Shown: one piece after another, positions 12,236 through 27,359 of the stretch
How the letters are laid out: every line of letters starts with the position of its first letter
Position numbering within the stretch: position 1 is the stretch's first letter
Source of the DNA: Takakia lepidozioides
Taxonomy: Eukaryota > Plantae > Bryophyta
Length of the DNA: 64,000 nt
Assembly (NCBI GenBank): GCA_030704615.1
Contig: CM060731.1
Span: 64,976,001 to 65,040,000 of the forward strand
Reading direction: 5' to 3'
The notes under the pieces: model-generated
Told to the model about the DNA's origin: nothing
What the model saw: only the letters and a program-made list of their open reading frames with translations
Database searches by the model: none
Made by a program: the position numbers and the translations under genes

Positions 12236-15200
12236 TCAAGACCTTAACAAAGTTTTCAAAATTGGTGGCTGCACAGTGAAAGAAAGTGGCACTGTCTGTG
12301 AACCCTGTGCATCAGACGCTGGAATAGAAAAAGGAACTTCAAAAGCCAACGCCTTGTATAGACAAACATTGTCCAGCTCACAGTAATACACCTGCCCCAC
12401 GCTCAAACACACACCCCCTTGTCACTGTCATGGCTGCCTCAGTCCATATCCCGCACTTGACTCTTGTGATACAAAATTACAAACAGGTTCAGTAGCCTAA
12501 GCAGTGTAACAATGACCACCTGGTAGTCCAAAGACATTGGGTTGTGAAGACGAACTTTGAGCAAACAGATGTGTCGCCTCTCTAGTATCTTACGCAACTT
12601 AGAACCCTCCCCACCCTCGAGACACAAGAGAAAGCCAAACAAAGGAATCCAAAGTATCCACAGAGGCCGAGTTGTAAGACCTTGCAAGACACGCGCATGG
12701 TTACTGTGCTGGATACATCAGAACCCCGTGTGAAATGGAGAGTAGCATTCCCATCTGGGCCTAGAGCTCCAGTCACAGGTTCCACGACGACAGCACCGTC
12801 TCTCTCTACATCCACATCATATTTGCTTGTAGCCTCCTGCAAGGTTGTCATACTATGTCAGTAGATAGTGCTGTGCACATGACAGAAGGTACTAACCAAG
12901 GAGATGATCCAGTCATAGCCAACCACATTCAGGGCTTTCTCTTTTGCAAAGGGTTAGAGGGGAATGATACACTCACAGTGGTATAATGAAAACCAGCTGG
13001 AAGTGAGATTTGAAGTTGAAGATCACCGCTGACAGAAGCGATGGGATCAATGTGAATTATTTGAGTGTCGGCTGAAAGTCGTTGTCGGAGTCTCCTTGGG
13101 GCACCAGACGGTGCTTGCACTGGAGGTTGCACCCCTTTTAGCTCCAAGGTGTGCATTAGGGGGCCACCTTGTGCTTGAAGATCAAGCACTCTGATGATAC
13201 TGTTGTTGGTGTCCGCCACATACAGCAATCCTGTTAAGTCATGTTCGAGCCATTAGCTTCCCCACCTTTGACTTGGCCATTACTACAACCTCATAATGCA
13301 CACGAGTGAGATCTGTTTATGCCCAGACAAACTCACCATCTAATCCTGGCGCAAGCCCAGAAGGCTCCGATAGCTGTCGACATCCACACAAAGACAAGTC
13401 AGGCCACTAGGACGCTTCGCATGTTCAACTATACAAGCAAGGTCATGAGGTTGATTATGGCATTGAAGAGTTGCTTGACCTAACGATATGGTAAATATCA
13501 AATGATGAACACCATTTGATTTACCACTTCCACAGATGTACATATAAGTATAACTAGGCATCATCCCCAATGGAAATTCTTCCTATGTACTAGACTGGAG
13601 CCCCTGTAACAAGAATACGAGAGTTTCAGACATCACCTGCCCTGCCAGAGCGGGTCCATCATGGAAACCTGCAGTTCCAGTGCCTGCAATGGTGCTAACC
13701 TTCTGACTCCCTGGCTCCATAACTTTGATCTGCCATGCAACGTGTCATCAGGTTCTTAAGCATCATCATGCCTTCAACTGAATGACTGTATTACATTCCA
13801 AAAGCCTAGGAAAGTACAGACAATATGCCTTCAAGCTGCTTGGAACTGTCTGACGTCAATGGCCACAAGGGTACGGCAAACAACAACTTCCGAGTACATT
13901 CTGATACAAGATTCTGTCAAATCACAAGGATAGGACCAACTATTGGTAAAACCATTTGGCCCTCTACATAGAGGTGCATGATCTACAAGCTTTTAAGATG
14001 ATTCACCGGAAACACCTTCGGCTGCAAATGAAGGGGAGTCCATGATTCACCAACTTACCATGCCCTCTAATGGATCAATGTTGACAGCTGACTGACAAAC
14101 TTGATGAATTCCTTAAGCAAAAAGAGAGAGCCAGGTAGCATATGACAGACATATCACCCCATTACAATTAAGCTGGCCACACAGTTGTCATGTTTAGCAA
14201 TATACATTAGCCTCTGCATAAATCCTAGCGTTTTCTTCTTGTATCAAAACCTAAAACTTAGAGTAAAGTCTAGAGTGAAGGCTGATCAGTACCTTGTGAT
14301 TATAGGAATCAGCAATGTAGACCTCCCCATTAGGGCTGTAAAGAACTCCTAAAGGGTGCTGCAACTGAGCGTTGGATCCCACTCCATCCTTGTCACCAAA
14401 CTGCAAGTACCCTCCAGTGTGCATTCAGACTATTAGCGAGTAGCATCTACTCTCACTCATAACATTGAGTCCTTTCTTGGAACCTCCGGATGGGGTTCTT
14501 GTCAAGTGGTTGACTCTTGCATGGGCATAAGATGGACATGCATGACCATGGATTGCACATGTTAACCAACCCTGATTTGTTTCCAGTGCAAGGTGCTACC
14601 ATATCCAAGACAAAATGGTACCTGGAAAAGGTTGTCAGCAAAGTTGGGATCGCCACCAGCTAGTAGCTTGGCCCCTCCTGTTTCTAGATCCACTCGTCTG
14701 ATAGAGCTGCTCTCACTATCCGCTATGTACAGGGCCTTCATGTCTGCACTCTATCATAAACCTACTGTTCAGAAAGTACATGAATTATTTCACCTAGAAA
14801 TACACAGTGATTTTTCTCAATTGCAGTGACAGAGACAAAGAAGGATATTTACTGAAGATCCATATTATGCCAAATACCTCATCAAACCATTTGGACCTAC
14901 AGAAAACCAGATTCGGAATGGAAATGCCTGGCAAGGAAATCCTGGAAACTCTCAGTACATGAAGTCAAGTTTACCCACCAACTTCAAAACAGGTTCATAC
15001 CTGGTGAAAGTGACAGTCCTGATGGCTGAGCAAAAGATGTATCTGAACCTCTACATCACACAAACAATACCACAGAGTGCACCTGCAAAGTGTCAGAACC
15101 TTTGATATACCTGCCCAAGGGACGACTACTTCCATACTCTTGGGCCAATACTCCTTCACAAAATGCTACACTCCCTTTCACCCTTTCCAGCCTGGTACTT

Positions 15201-18200
15201 TCTCTTATGTGGTGACAGTCCCACTCTGCACATGTCACAGGCAATGCCCCTCACAGACTCTACAGGAACTGGAGAAGGTGTGTCATGGTCCTCCATGTAG
15301 TCCTCATCCATTTGCTGTGACTATGTGGCAAAAGAGGAGAGAACCTGCGGCCATTCAGATTGCGCTCATAGCCATCTCCACTGAAGACTTTTGTAACACC
15401 CTCAGAAATGTCGTGTTGCCAAATCTGATGCTGCCCAGCCATTGCAATATAAAGAATGCCATTTTTCGAGTGCAGACATACATCCCATGGCGAATTAAGT
15501 ACCTGCTTAGCAAGTTCCAACACTGTCAAGTTTGAAACCAGCTTCTCCAAATTGCTGACAACCTCAACTTGAAGATCCAGTGTATAGAAAGTAGTTGTAT
15601 GGCAGCTGCTTCTAAACACCATGAGCTCATGTGCAAAGACTAAGTACCTGCGATGCACCTTTCTTGCCACCTTTGTAATCATTTCCCTTCGTGCCATCCC
15701 CAGCAAGTGTCCGGACTGTCTCCTGTACAAAGTCAATCTCCCTGCAACCTCCACATCTCTCTTCTCAGCTCTTTTCCCTGATAAGCTATACGTTGTTCAC
15801 AGGCAAGAAGTTCAAATTGATGCATGAACTGAACAAGTGATGTGCAAGCAGTGGTGAGAGAGACTTCTCCTCACAGCACAACAGTCCAAGCAGGTCCTCT
15901 ATCAGCTTATAACACACTACTGGCTCCACAAACCACGGCAACCAGACATGCAATATTTAAAGGGCTCTTCAAAAGCTTACTAAAAGGAGGTATCACTAGA
16001 AACTTTAAAGTTTGCCACTGAGCAGATGTGAAAAGTTCGCATGGATTTACACTATATTTTCCAGAATAGTCAAGTATGCATGCAGCACTTGCATGGAAGT
16101 AAAGAAACCCACCTAAGGGCATGATTCTCAGTGTCTGCAACGTAGAGGACATTCTTGGTTGCATTGTATGCTACACCCTGCAGGTGCACTCACACAAGCA
16201 TTTGTCATCCCTCTCCCCATTCGAGGAAATGCAGGTTGATACTGATAACAGTGCACAGAGGCTGTAGGACACAGAGGCTGTTTGACTCTCTGTGTCACAG
16301 TTTGTCTTGTTAGTTGTGGTCCGGCTTGCTAGATCGTCCTAGTCTCCTTCTGCTGATCAGCTTCTGCTCTCTTTCGACTTCTGGTCCTGCTGTGACCCCC
16401 AGGGTTATGTCCAGCTCTTGTCTAGCCTTATGGCATCTACAAGGTTATTTTTTCCTCATTCTAATATGATTTAAGAGGCTCTGTTCCTCTGTTCCTCCAT
16501 TCTTTTAAAAAACAAGAACAAAAACAAAAACAAGAGTGAATCACAACAAGGATAAGTTTGAAAGTCCTACCACATTGAATTAGCTTGGAGAAGATTGCTG
16601 CAAGGTCAGCTGATTCCTAGTAAAGATCAGTTGGGTTACAGAAAGCCCAAAGAGGGATGTAATTTAGCTGTAAACGAGTTGATAATTTCATACCACATTG
16701 CCCGAACCATACCCAACTCCTAAATTGATTGGAAAGAGCTGATGCACTTGGCTGATGCTAAACCAGCTTGTAAGAGCTGATCTGCAGCCAGCTCCGTTGA
16801 ATGGCCACCTGTCAAGAAATCCCCAGCCCTATCGGGTAGAGGCATCTAACCTGAGGCTGGTTGAAGGCTGCATAGTCAAAGGAGCCATCTCTCAGTCCTT
16901 CTCCACCCCAGCCTCCAACTTGTAAGATAAAGTTTCCATCAAGATCAGTCACTACCTGGAGTATCCACCATTGTCATTAGGACTGCATCATCTTCTGGTA
17001 AAAACCAATATTACACGGTAAAACGCTTGTGGTTTTGACAAAGACAAAACTAATCATCCCAATCAATGTTTTAGAGCCACCATGGGTTTACTTCAATTTA
17101 TGCTGTTAATAATCTTGAGGTCTGTGCGTGACAATCATAGCAAACGTGCTCAACTAGAATGCCCTAAAAGGAAGTATCTAAACAAGTCCAAAGAGGTAAG
17201 GTTCTAGTGTTGCACAATGCGGTGATGGTTGCTGTCGGAGATGAACAGACGGTGATTCACAAGGTCTGTTGCAAGCTTCCCTGGGAACTTCAAAGGGGAA
17301 GCCACAAGACGATCATCCTTGTCTTTCTCTAAGGTCTCAACAAGAGGCCGGGCATCCAGTTGCTGCTTCTCCCCATAGTACTGCAGTGCCGCCTCCACCA
17401 GATCATCCAAATTCTAAAACAAGACAGTCATTCTTACAGTAAGTTCCCTTCCAAAAACACGTCAAAATCAATGTCAACTTGTCTCCCATACAACCATATG
17501 TGACATTACCTGTGGGGGATGATCTCCTATACCAGCACAGGCAGGAGAGCTTATGTAAAAGTCATCTGGTCATTCGAATTCCACCTGGATAGCATGGTAA
17601 ATGGTTCTTCTCACTGCTCTGCGGTCATACATTGTGCCTTGACCTACCATGGTAATTGATGAGACTCGACAGGACACAGACCTTATAATTCAAAGATTAA
17701 AGACAGCACCTGTCGGTGGCCCTCTCCAGCCAGCATGGCAATGAGTTTGCCCTTAGGGCTCACAAGAGCAAGGGTGGGCCATGAGTTCACACCAAGTTGC
17801 CGCCACATGGTCATGTCCCCATCATTTACAACCTGCCAGGAATGCACTTTCCATGAATCCACCGGTATTCCCACTCATAACCACTTGAAGTGGCAGTGAA
17901 AGGCTTGCATGCAGCCCTCTTAGCTGTAGTACACAGAGAGAGGACACAGACAAAGACCAACTTTAGAGTGAACGGGTGAACTGGCCTTTTCCAACCAATA
18001 CAATATTATGTTCTAAAGGAGCAGGTACCCAGGCTATGACTCTGCAGGCCACATACCATAGTGGAATTCTATTGGATGTGCTGGCCTGCATCAGAAGCAA
18101 GGAAAGGAGTGAACATATCAGAACAGAAATAGAGCCACAATTTGACAAAGAAATTCAGTTACTAACCGGGTGAGTGACATTATAGCGCAAGACAGCGTTC

Positions 18201-19515
18201 CGTATGGCACCTAGATCCTTCTCATTGTCAAACTTGGCCGAATGTACTCCCACCACTGTCAACTGCAGCATAGACCTTCAAGAGGTCAACCTGCTGAATG
18301 CCTCAATGCTAGCACATTCACATACCAAGAAGCTGGCCATCTGCTACACCATCAAGAACTGTAATATGAGTCTGCTTGGAATATTACCGGTTGACCTTTG
18401 TACTTGCTCTCAAGAAAGGCCAGATCAGGCAGCACATGCATACAATTAATGCAGCAGTACGTCCAGAAATCCAGCAGCACCACCTTACCCTGCAAGTCCT
18501 GCCAACCAACCACCGAAAGAAACTAGGTGACTAACCCCTTGTCAAAGTGCCACAGCTCTGCTAGTGCAACTCTCAGGGCTTTCCTGACCCATGAATGTCT
18601 GCAACAACACCACAGCATGTGCCCTTGTTGAACTTACACCAGCAACTATGGTGAAAGTTGCTATGGCACACTGGGATTGACTCAGAATCTGAATGCATTA
18701 TCAGACCCACAACATTGACCTACGTCCCCAGATGTTTCTTAAGGCCTAAGAGACACTTGAGGTTCACCTTCTTCAACAATCACAAGCTCAGTCTGATAAT
18801 TGGCACTGAATACTTTTACTGACTGAATAATAGCTCCATCTCAAAGACTTTGATCATACGGAATTATCTGAAAGGAAACCGTACTTCCATTTCTTAATTC
18901 AAACATTTGTCCGAATTTACCTTTATGTACAATCTTGTTGAGTTACTTGACCTGTATGGTGACTAGCTCTGAAGTTTAAATGGAGGGACCATTCACAACA
19001 AACAATGTGTGGTACCTGTCTCCATGCCCAGTGCCTTAGTACCCACAGACCAAAACCCCCACCACATCCAAGGGACTCATCCATCCTTTGGCTTTTCAAG
19101 CACACCTTTATGCTCTTCATCATTTCCTTGACTCAAATATCCCTTTCTAAGCTCCTGAACCACTCTTTTAGAAAGCAAACACACTCCTCTTACCTGTTTC
19201 ATATTTAGCTCTATCATAGGAGTCCCCAACATTCTTCACTCCCAGACAAGGGGTAGGACACTGCATAGTTTTTTAATCATCCCTCGCCCTCATGTAAGGT
19301 ATATTCTTTGTAAGTGCTCGCATTTCTAGTGATAGAAGATGGGAAGTAATACCCTTTTAAGTTGGAGAGGCGTGGTGTTCAGCCACTCGAGCTTTGGCTG
19401 AAACTCAGGTACCTGCTGTCCTTTTCCTCTGCAACATCCAAAACACATTCTTGAAATGTCACGAAAATTTAGAAGCCATATAACATACACATCTCTCTCG
19501 TTATCAAGCCATTTC

Positions 19516-19551
<36 letters not shown>

Positions 19552-22500
19552 CCCCGCTTCCCCAGTTTCAAAATCTCAAGGCATCTAAAGCCCTGGCCCT
19601 GTTGGGGTCTCACTTTTGGGCACACACCAGACTGATGCTTATGTGAAGGGCTTTCTAGAGGATCTGGAAAGCCCAAACTGATTGTATGTGAAGGGAAGTC
19701 CCACTACTGGAATGAGTCCCTCACAAAGGTAGTGTCTTTTCCCTCTCTTTTCCGTCCAAACTGGGCTATGGCCACAAGGCTATGGCCAACAAAGGTCTTA
19801 TGAGAACATCCTTTGGGCCTCCCATAGTCACAATGATGTCTTAGTCTTTTGTCCTTTTATGCTCTTAGTTCCTCTCCCCTTGGTTGTATGAGTATGTTCT
19901 CTCTCAAAGGTACTAAAGGATTCTGCAACAAGCTGGGATGCCTACACCTTGCCTAAAGTGAGGTCATCTCTACCAGACCAACCGTGGGTGAGAAGTTCTA
20001 TTCCTGTGTCCTGTGGGATGAGGGTCAGATGCAGGTGTCCGCGTTTTTATCCTGAGGAGATGAATGGCTAGCCTTTGGAATTGAAAAATGGAGACTGTCG
20101 GCGGCAGTTGACTAGTCGTTTGGCTCAAAATCAAGAATTTTCGCGAAATGATGGGCCGCCTTTCTAGATCTAGATCTGTTTCTGATCTGGTTGGTGACTT
20201 TAGTTTCTCAATTCCGTCACATTTAAAGGGGGCTCGATTACAGGTAAAGTGTATTCAATTGGGCCACTTCAGTTGTGGGTGGTTCATTAAGTGTCCAGCC
20301 AATTGGCACAACCAGTGGATACCAAGACATGAGAATGCATCTCCAGACAGATGCTGTGCCATATTTCCTAGCAACACCTGGGCATGAGAAAGACCAAACT
20401 AAATGTATATAGTGCATATAAGAAGCTTGAAAAATCTCCTAAAAATTTCCAATTGCATACGGGAAGCAAGACAACAAAGCAGAGTTTTTTAAAATACCTA
20501 GAGTCTAGCTCAGAGATGTATTGCTTGAAGTCCCGAACACGTTGTGCTCGAGACAGCTCTGCACCCAGATGCCAGAGCTGTAGATGTTAGAAACTAGCTA
20601 GGCGGACTAAAATTGACGTTCCAACCATCCAAAATTGTGCCACAGGCACTCCGCAGTGGAAGCCCACAGAACAGAAGCCCACAGAACTTACTAAGATAAC
20701 TAGTCCAAATTCATCTAGCTGGTTTGCGAAAAGACGGACTTCAGATATACATTCATGCTTTCTGAAGCAGGCAGTTGTGAGTGAAGTCTGGCGGAGAATT
20801 CAGGATGCAAAATCTGATGCAGAAACAGGCGAGATATATAGATTCACAAAGCCTAAACACAGAAAACACTGACGAACACCAACGAGAGGAGAGAGGATCC
20901 TTGAAAAAGAATGATAGCAATCAGATTAAACAGATAGATAAGGTGGCATTACAACAGAAAATTACCCTACATGGGGGTAAATGGGCCAGACATACTCTAC
21001 CAGGACTACTTGCAAGGAGGGGTCCACCTACTCCTAGCAGTGCATTCATGAGTGCCTTTGGTGAAGCATATGACATAGCCTGCCATGTTCATATAATGAA
21101 ATCAGTCATGGACCCCTCTCTCCATGTTCGTATTTCATTGCCTATAAACTGTACAAACATTCTACCTTTCACTAACAGCTCAATGTATCAAAATACTGCT
21201 ATACCATTTGAGCACAGATGACACAACTAGCCCAGGCTTGTTGACTGCAGGATGATGTCCAGATACACCCACCTAAATTATTAACCTAACTGCAAACTCT
21301 GCAACAAAAAGGATCTGTCGCAATTGAAAGCTGTGTAAGAGCTTGGTAGCAATCAAATAGCCTTTCACTCCAACATGAAATCTTGCCAACAGTCATTCCT
21401 GGCACCTCAAATTTTTTTAAACTGTCTAAATCTGTGATATTGATGATCAAACCTGGATGATGAAGCACAAGCCAAGTCTTCTAAAGGGTAGCATACACAT
21501 TCATGCTTTACATGAAAATGAGAGAAGAGGACATGGGTGAGGACTAACAAGATACCGTTAGACTCAGATTTGCTCGTAAATCTTAATTTATCAGTTGGAG
21601 AAGGATAGACAGCACATGACTGCAAAAACTGTAGTTTTTAGTTCAATTCTTACAACCTCTAGATGACTAAGCACACCCGAGACACTGACAAGTGCCAATC
21701 CCAACCTTCCAATGAGAGAGGGCAAAAAAGGAGCTCGCAAGACCAAGCCCAAGGCTGCCAAACTTCAAAATGTCGCGCCTGGTTGTGGCATACCTGCAAA
21801 ACATGACCTACTGCTCCCTGTCCACATTAGCCTCCCAATAGACAGAGCTTGCACTTTTGCTTTTGGACCTCAGGTGTGACTGCAGAACCAAACAGCCACA
21901 GTTCTATGGACAAAGTACCACTACCAAGTGTTGGAGTGCACCTTGTCATGTTTACTGCACTGAGTACTACTTAAAGACTGCAGCAGAATAGAGTTATCAG
22001 CTGAGTTCCAGGGAAAACATATAAGCAGTGGAACAACTTCATTTAAAGCCAGCTTACAGCGAGCTGGGAAAAACAAGGAGAGAGGCCAAGCCCATGGGTC
22101 TGACCCGCCAGGCAGTGGAACCTCCGCATTGAGTGCTGCCTGTACATTGCTAATGTTCTCCTCTTTGACATCCCCATTGCTTGGCTCTTCAAGACCATCA
22201 GTGGAGCTAGTGTCTGCATAGAACCATTGCCCACCTTACACCTCCTACATCTCTTCCAATGTAAACTCTCCAGTGCAGAAATACCTACACTTCGAACACT
22301 AACCCAGGCATTGTCCTGCCCCAAGTTTTACCTATCTTAAGAACACAAACCTTCCACTTTGAGGATGTCAGTCAAAGAAATATGGGAGATATCCATTCTG
22401 ATGAGGGAGGGCCCTGCCTCCATCAGCTTCTCTTTGCCCAGTGTCGTTGTCACTGCTATACATCTGACCAGCCCTTCGGTGTGAGATATTTAGAAACAAT

Positions 22501-25500
22501 CAGCTGCTCACTCTTGACAGTGCATAACCAACTTCATACATTTTAACACTTAAGTCCCTTGTATAAGATCCAAGCATATCAGGCCCACATCCTAGACAGG
22601 AACACAACAAGTATTGCAAAGGCTAGCTGTACACAATGGTATCTGGAGCAATGCATGCAATTAAGAACGGAGACCACAATGGGAGCTACCTCATGCCAGC
22701 TGCACGTGCCGCCTGTACACCTGCCAATGCGTCCTCTACCACCACACACTGCAATGCAATGTCAACCCATTAACAACAGCCCAAGGGGGTAGCAGTATAG
22801 GCACACAACCCACCTTGGCACTTGTGCCAGCCCCTGTGTGTCTGCAGCTGCCATGCGAGGCCTGACACCAAGCTGCCTGGGGAATGGAAAGGGAATGAAG
22901 TGGGGATTTTCCATTGTCACCAGACAAACCTGTTTTTTTCTTCCCCTATAAGGAAAACAAAAACAGAGGCTTAGAACATAAGGATGTTCTTTACATTTGG
23001 ACACTGAACTTCAGGTTGGGAACTCAAGGAGATTCATATTCCCTTGTGGGTATTCTCATACTAGACTCTGTTTCTAACATGATGAAAGGCCTCTTTCATG
23101 AATGAAATGAAATTGGTACATTGCGCATGACTTAGAAACTGTTCAACTTTGCTGTGTATTTGACTACCGGGGAACCACACCAATCCATGCTTTCCTCAAC
23201 CGTCATAAAGTGTGAGCACCTCCAAATCATCTAGCTTCCTATGTATATCAATATTTGAATAAATCTCATAGCTGGATGAGTATATAGAAATGGGGGACCT
23301 CTCTTTCAGAGAATGAGATACCTCATCAGGAGATAAACCGAGAGCCCTGGCAGCTGCCAAAAAAATGTCTGGAGCAGGCTTCAAATTTTCAAACAGATCT
23401 GCTGAGACCACCGCATCAAAGCTGTTCCCAAGCCAATTCCCATCAGTCACACACAGCCTTGGTCTATATCAACTTTTAGCATGTCACGAAGTCTTCACTG
23501 AAGAATCCATGGAGTTGAGGGCAAAACACTTTACATGAGAAGACATTAATACTTCATACATCTACCAGAAGCAGATGTGCACATTTATACAGTTTATTTG
23601 GAAAACAGACCTGCCCAAATTGTAGGATCTCTAAGAAAACCTTACTAAAACCTGTAGAGATTAGAAAAAGATTGGGCTTATTGCCAACTTTTTAACCTCT
23701 AATGCAGGATACAATACCACAACCCTACCTTCCTTGTCCAACATGCGCCCAACAAGCTATTTGCAAATGGTTATGCCAGAATGCCTGAATCAGAATTTAC
23801 TTTCAGTTTTTCCTTCAGCATTGTGGAGATAATTCCAAAAATAGCTTTCCGGCAATGACGTACCAAACTGCTCATCCCATTAACACTTCCTTTCCCTAAC
23901 TTCAGATGCGAGAAACTTCTCCAGACGTTCTGACAAGCAACTGGTAGATAATAATAGGCATTATGAAGGATGATACATATGTATGTCACAGAAGTATGAG
24001 TATGTTAGATGTATACTTGGACTGCGGCAAGCCTGCTGCTGCAAGGTTTGCATCCACCTTGATCCGGTCTGCACTTGATGCCACTGCCAGCTTGAGCCCT
24101 GCTTTCTTACACTGCCATCCACGCCTTCTTTTAGGCCATTCATACCTCCTTGGACATCAAGCTCATTAAGATTAATAAGGACAGCAAGTGCACTGTTGCC
24201 TTCTGTACAAGTCTAGACTGTTCGGGAACTAACTACAAATGTCATCTCAAAGGTGCTATCCATCATCTGAGATAAAGAAAGCGTACCTGCAAAATCAGAT
24301 CCAACGCCCCTGGATAACCAAGGCCCGAGTCAGGCTGCGCATACTGTCACATCCAACAATCGGTGCCTGAATTAGTCTCTCTCCAATTCAACTATACCTT
24401 GACCCTCCAACCACAAAATGATCTAGTCTCTTGCTTGCTATCAGAAAAGACATTGCATTGCACAAGAATTTCCAGTCGATAGGCAGAGTAGGCAGGCCAT
24501 CCATACCTATGTGAAACAAACACACATTATTCATTACAACTAGACATTGAAGGGAGCAAGAATCCACCGGTTCATGGAACCTGGCGAGCACAACTAAATG
24601 GCACAAAAATCAGAAATCGCATAATTCCGTCATTGCTTCTTCAAGAAAGTGAAAACAAATCAATTATTGAACCCAGACAAGCACAATTAAAAGGCATCAA
24701 AGTCACAGTACCTTTTCTATGTAAATTTCAAAGAATCGCTTTTTTGCTGACACTGGATCAAATTGGTCGACTCCATACTTTCCAGCCACCCCTCCAAGAA
24801 AGTTGGCCTCACCTGTTACATCCATATTACTTGCCTTAACACAAGGGAGCCCCACACAAATGTTTGCTTCCCTCTGAAATCATGATAATCTCTCCAAAAA
24901 TCTCCCTCTCTCGCCCTATCTTCCAATGAGACTGGCACTGCACCTGAAGCATCCAGCTGGTACTCCATACCATCCCATTGGCACTCAGAGTATCGTTGTG
25001 GCTATAATCCCAGTGACACTATCCTTAATGAACCTTTCGTCGAATTAAATGCCAAGGTCCAATTTCTGAGATAGAGTCTCCCACAAATCTTGCAGAAAAC
25101 TCAAGATTTTGACTTTGAAAGATTTTTGAAAATGGATTCAGCTCGAGCATACTCCCAAATGTATACTGGCATTGAGACTGCTGAGGCAATAGGTTTCAAC
25201 GCGGTGGATAATAGCTCTCACTGCAATCAATTACGGAGTATGGGATGGGTGCTCTCCTCCTTATTTCCACTCCGCTCCTCTCAACCACCAGAAATTGAAG
25301 GGTGTATGGTCGTCCAATTCCCTACCGCACCTCAATCCTCAAAAAAGGCGATACGAATAATTGAAGTCGAGATTTTCCAGGGGAATTGCTAGCACGAGCA
25401 TATACAGTGCTGTGAATGCGTGAGAGAGAGAGCGGTACCAGTGCCCATAAAGGGAACGAAATCAGAAGCGGAAACATTTATCCCAAGCTCAGAAAATAAC

Positions 25501-25844
25501 GCAACGCCAGCTTCGCGAGAGGGTTCTTCGCTGTCACAGAGCACACCATCCATATCGAGCAGCACGCCCCGCACAGTGGACCACTGCTTCTCAGCCTCTG
25601 AAACACTAACCTCCTGCGTACTGCTCGCATAATTCAGGGGAGGCTCTCTATCCCCTCCAATTCTCCTGTGCACCGAGATTTCGCGCTTACCAAGATGTGG
25701 GCAGCTCATGGGCTTGCACCCAAAATGCAGGCTACTCTTTGGTGATCTATAAATTCTGCGAGTAGGTGGAATTAGGCATGGTGGGCACGGCCGTATCCGT
25801 TGAATGCAATGACAATGCGGACGCACAGAGATACAGAGCGCCAT
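12236..25844 (-). CDS. SOQ1: SUPPRESSOR OF QUENCHING 1 homolog (HAD domain - TM - thioredoxin-like - NHL beta-propeller - C-terminal domain), >20 exons
   Basis: Transit-peptide-like N-terminus, then [37 protein letters not shown] and [17 protein letters not shown]. The Trx-like [23 protein letters not shown] lies at ~18420-18500, followed by [13 protein letters not shown] and [14 protein letters not shown] repeats include [28 protein letters not shown] and LYVADTNN. The last exon is [12 protein letters not shown]...LRS*. Confidence 0.95.
19518..19548. repeat. (TC)n microsatellite in a SOQ1 intron
   Basis: Visible dinucleotide run. Confidence 0.9.
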
Positions 25845-27359
25845 AGCTGCTAAGGAGCTCGCACGCTAGGAAGTGCAGCTTGTGCTTGTGTGCGTTTGGA
25901 TAGACTGTCGCATCCTGGCCTCTCGCACCGTGGAACAGAATATCCCTTGTGGATAGAATATCCATGTTATGGATCCACACAGGCTGGGCGACAATAGCAG
26001 AGTTTAGTCCAGCGAGGGCATTGACGTGGTCACTTGCTTGAATGCATACAGTCTGACTTGTATGCATTCAAGCAAGACATCTTTTTGAAAACGTTCGCGA
26101 TTTTGTATGGAACTCCTGTGTCGAGACGGCCAAGAACTCCCGTGACTTCACATTCACACTATCCCATCATCACCCGGTGACGTTTCAGCTTGGTACTCTG
26201 TTTTGGAGTTGCAAAACAGAGTACCCTGTTGGAGCCATCATGGTGAATAAAGGATCGCAAATGAGGGGCCTGTTCTCTCTTGAAGGAGGACAGAACTTAT
26301 TGTTGTCATCTTCAAGAAGGAGATCCTATTTTACACGACGTTACCGCTATTCCCTTTCTGGTTCTTCCTACACTTGCCAGAGTAGATTTGTGGCGAAGTG
26401 GTCTCAGGTCTTTCTGTCTCTCTCTTTGAAGATGCACAGTTGGAAGATACGTTGCTTTCTTGGTGGCCTCTGCTCTGACATGTTTTGGTAGTATCATTTT
26501 CAGCTTACTGACTGAATACATTTGTGAAGAAACTGTATGGTCGAACTGGGTTTATGGTTTGCACTGCGCAGAAGTTAAACTTGAATCAGGGGGAATGGGG
26601 TGAGGTTGAGTGGCATGAGCTTGCAGTATCTAAAGGTGTACCTCATCATGAGTGTCGCGGCCACATACTTAGAGCAGCTCAATGTGCTTGCAGCAGCAGC
26701 CTACATGGACCCTGCCACATATTACGACGTGCATGCCCCCCGTCCCTGCCATCCTGCACGACTAGAATCTCTGAGTTGCAAACCATTACACGTCAAATGC
26801 ATTCAGTACTTCAATCCGGTCATCATATGACTGCTAGATTCAAGCAATGTCTGTGACGTTACGTTGCAGCTCAAGACGGAAGTCGTACACGTCCGCGGCA
26901 ACGGCCGCCGTTAAGGTCGTCCTAGTTCTTCACAACTCTCTGCCCGGAGCTCTCCCATGGCGCACGTAGGGGCGGTTCATGGAGTTGTGGCATTGCCATA
27001 TCCCGACTGCTGTTTTGCTGCAGCGGCCTATGCAAGATTGGAAGGTGCCTCTGCTGGGACCTTGGATTCGCTCAAATCGTCATCGCGTCGGTTGTCTGAT
27101 GGCACCGATCTTCTCGTTATGGGCTCTATCAGCAGGTTCACAGTTCTTGACCTCCCTTCCTACTGGACGTAAGTGCATGCCCACGTTGAGGGGGGTTGTA
27201 ACCTCCGGAGAACCTGAACACATGTACAGCTTATACACCAACACTGAATTGTGCCGATATGGGTTTCCCGATACCACTTGTGGGTAAGGCGAGAATGTAT
27301 TCATTTTTGTTGTGGGGACAGGGATAGCTGAAGGAGGTAGTGTTGGAGGGTGGGTGCAG

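Noticed and set aside
26600-26830. Protein-like stretch (YLEQLNVLAAAAYMDPATYYD)
   Set aside because: It may be a gene fragment, but I cannot assign a family or gene structure without a search.
26957-27287. First coding exon of PPR locus 1
   Set aside because: The candidate donors (27169, 27284) are not in phase with the 27360 acceptor for either ORF.
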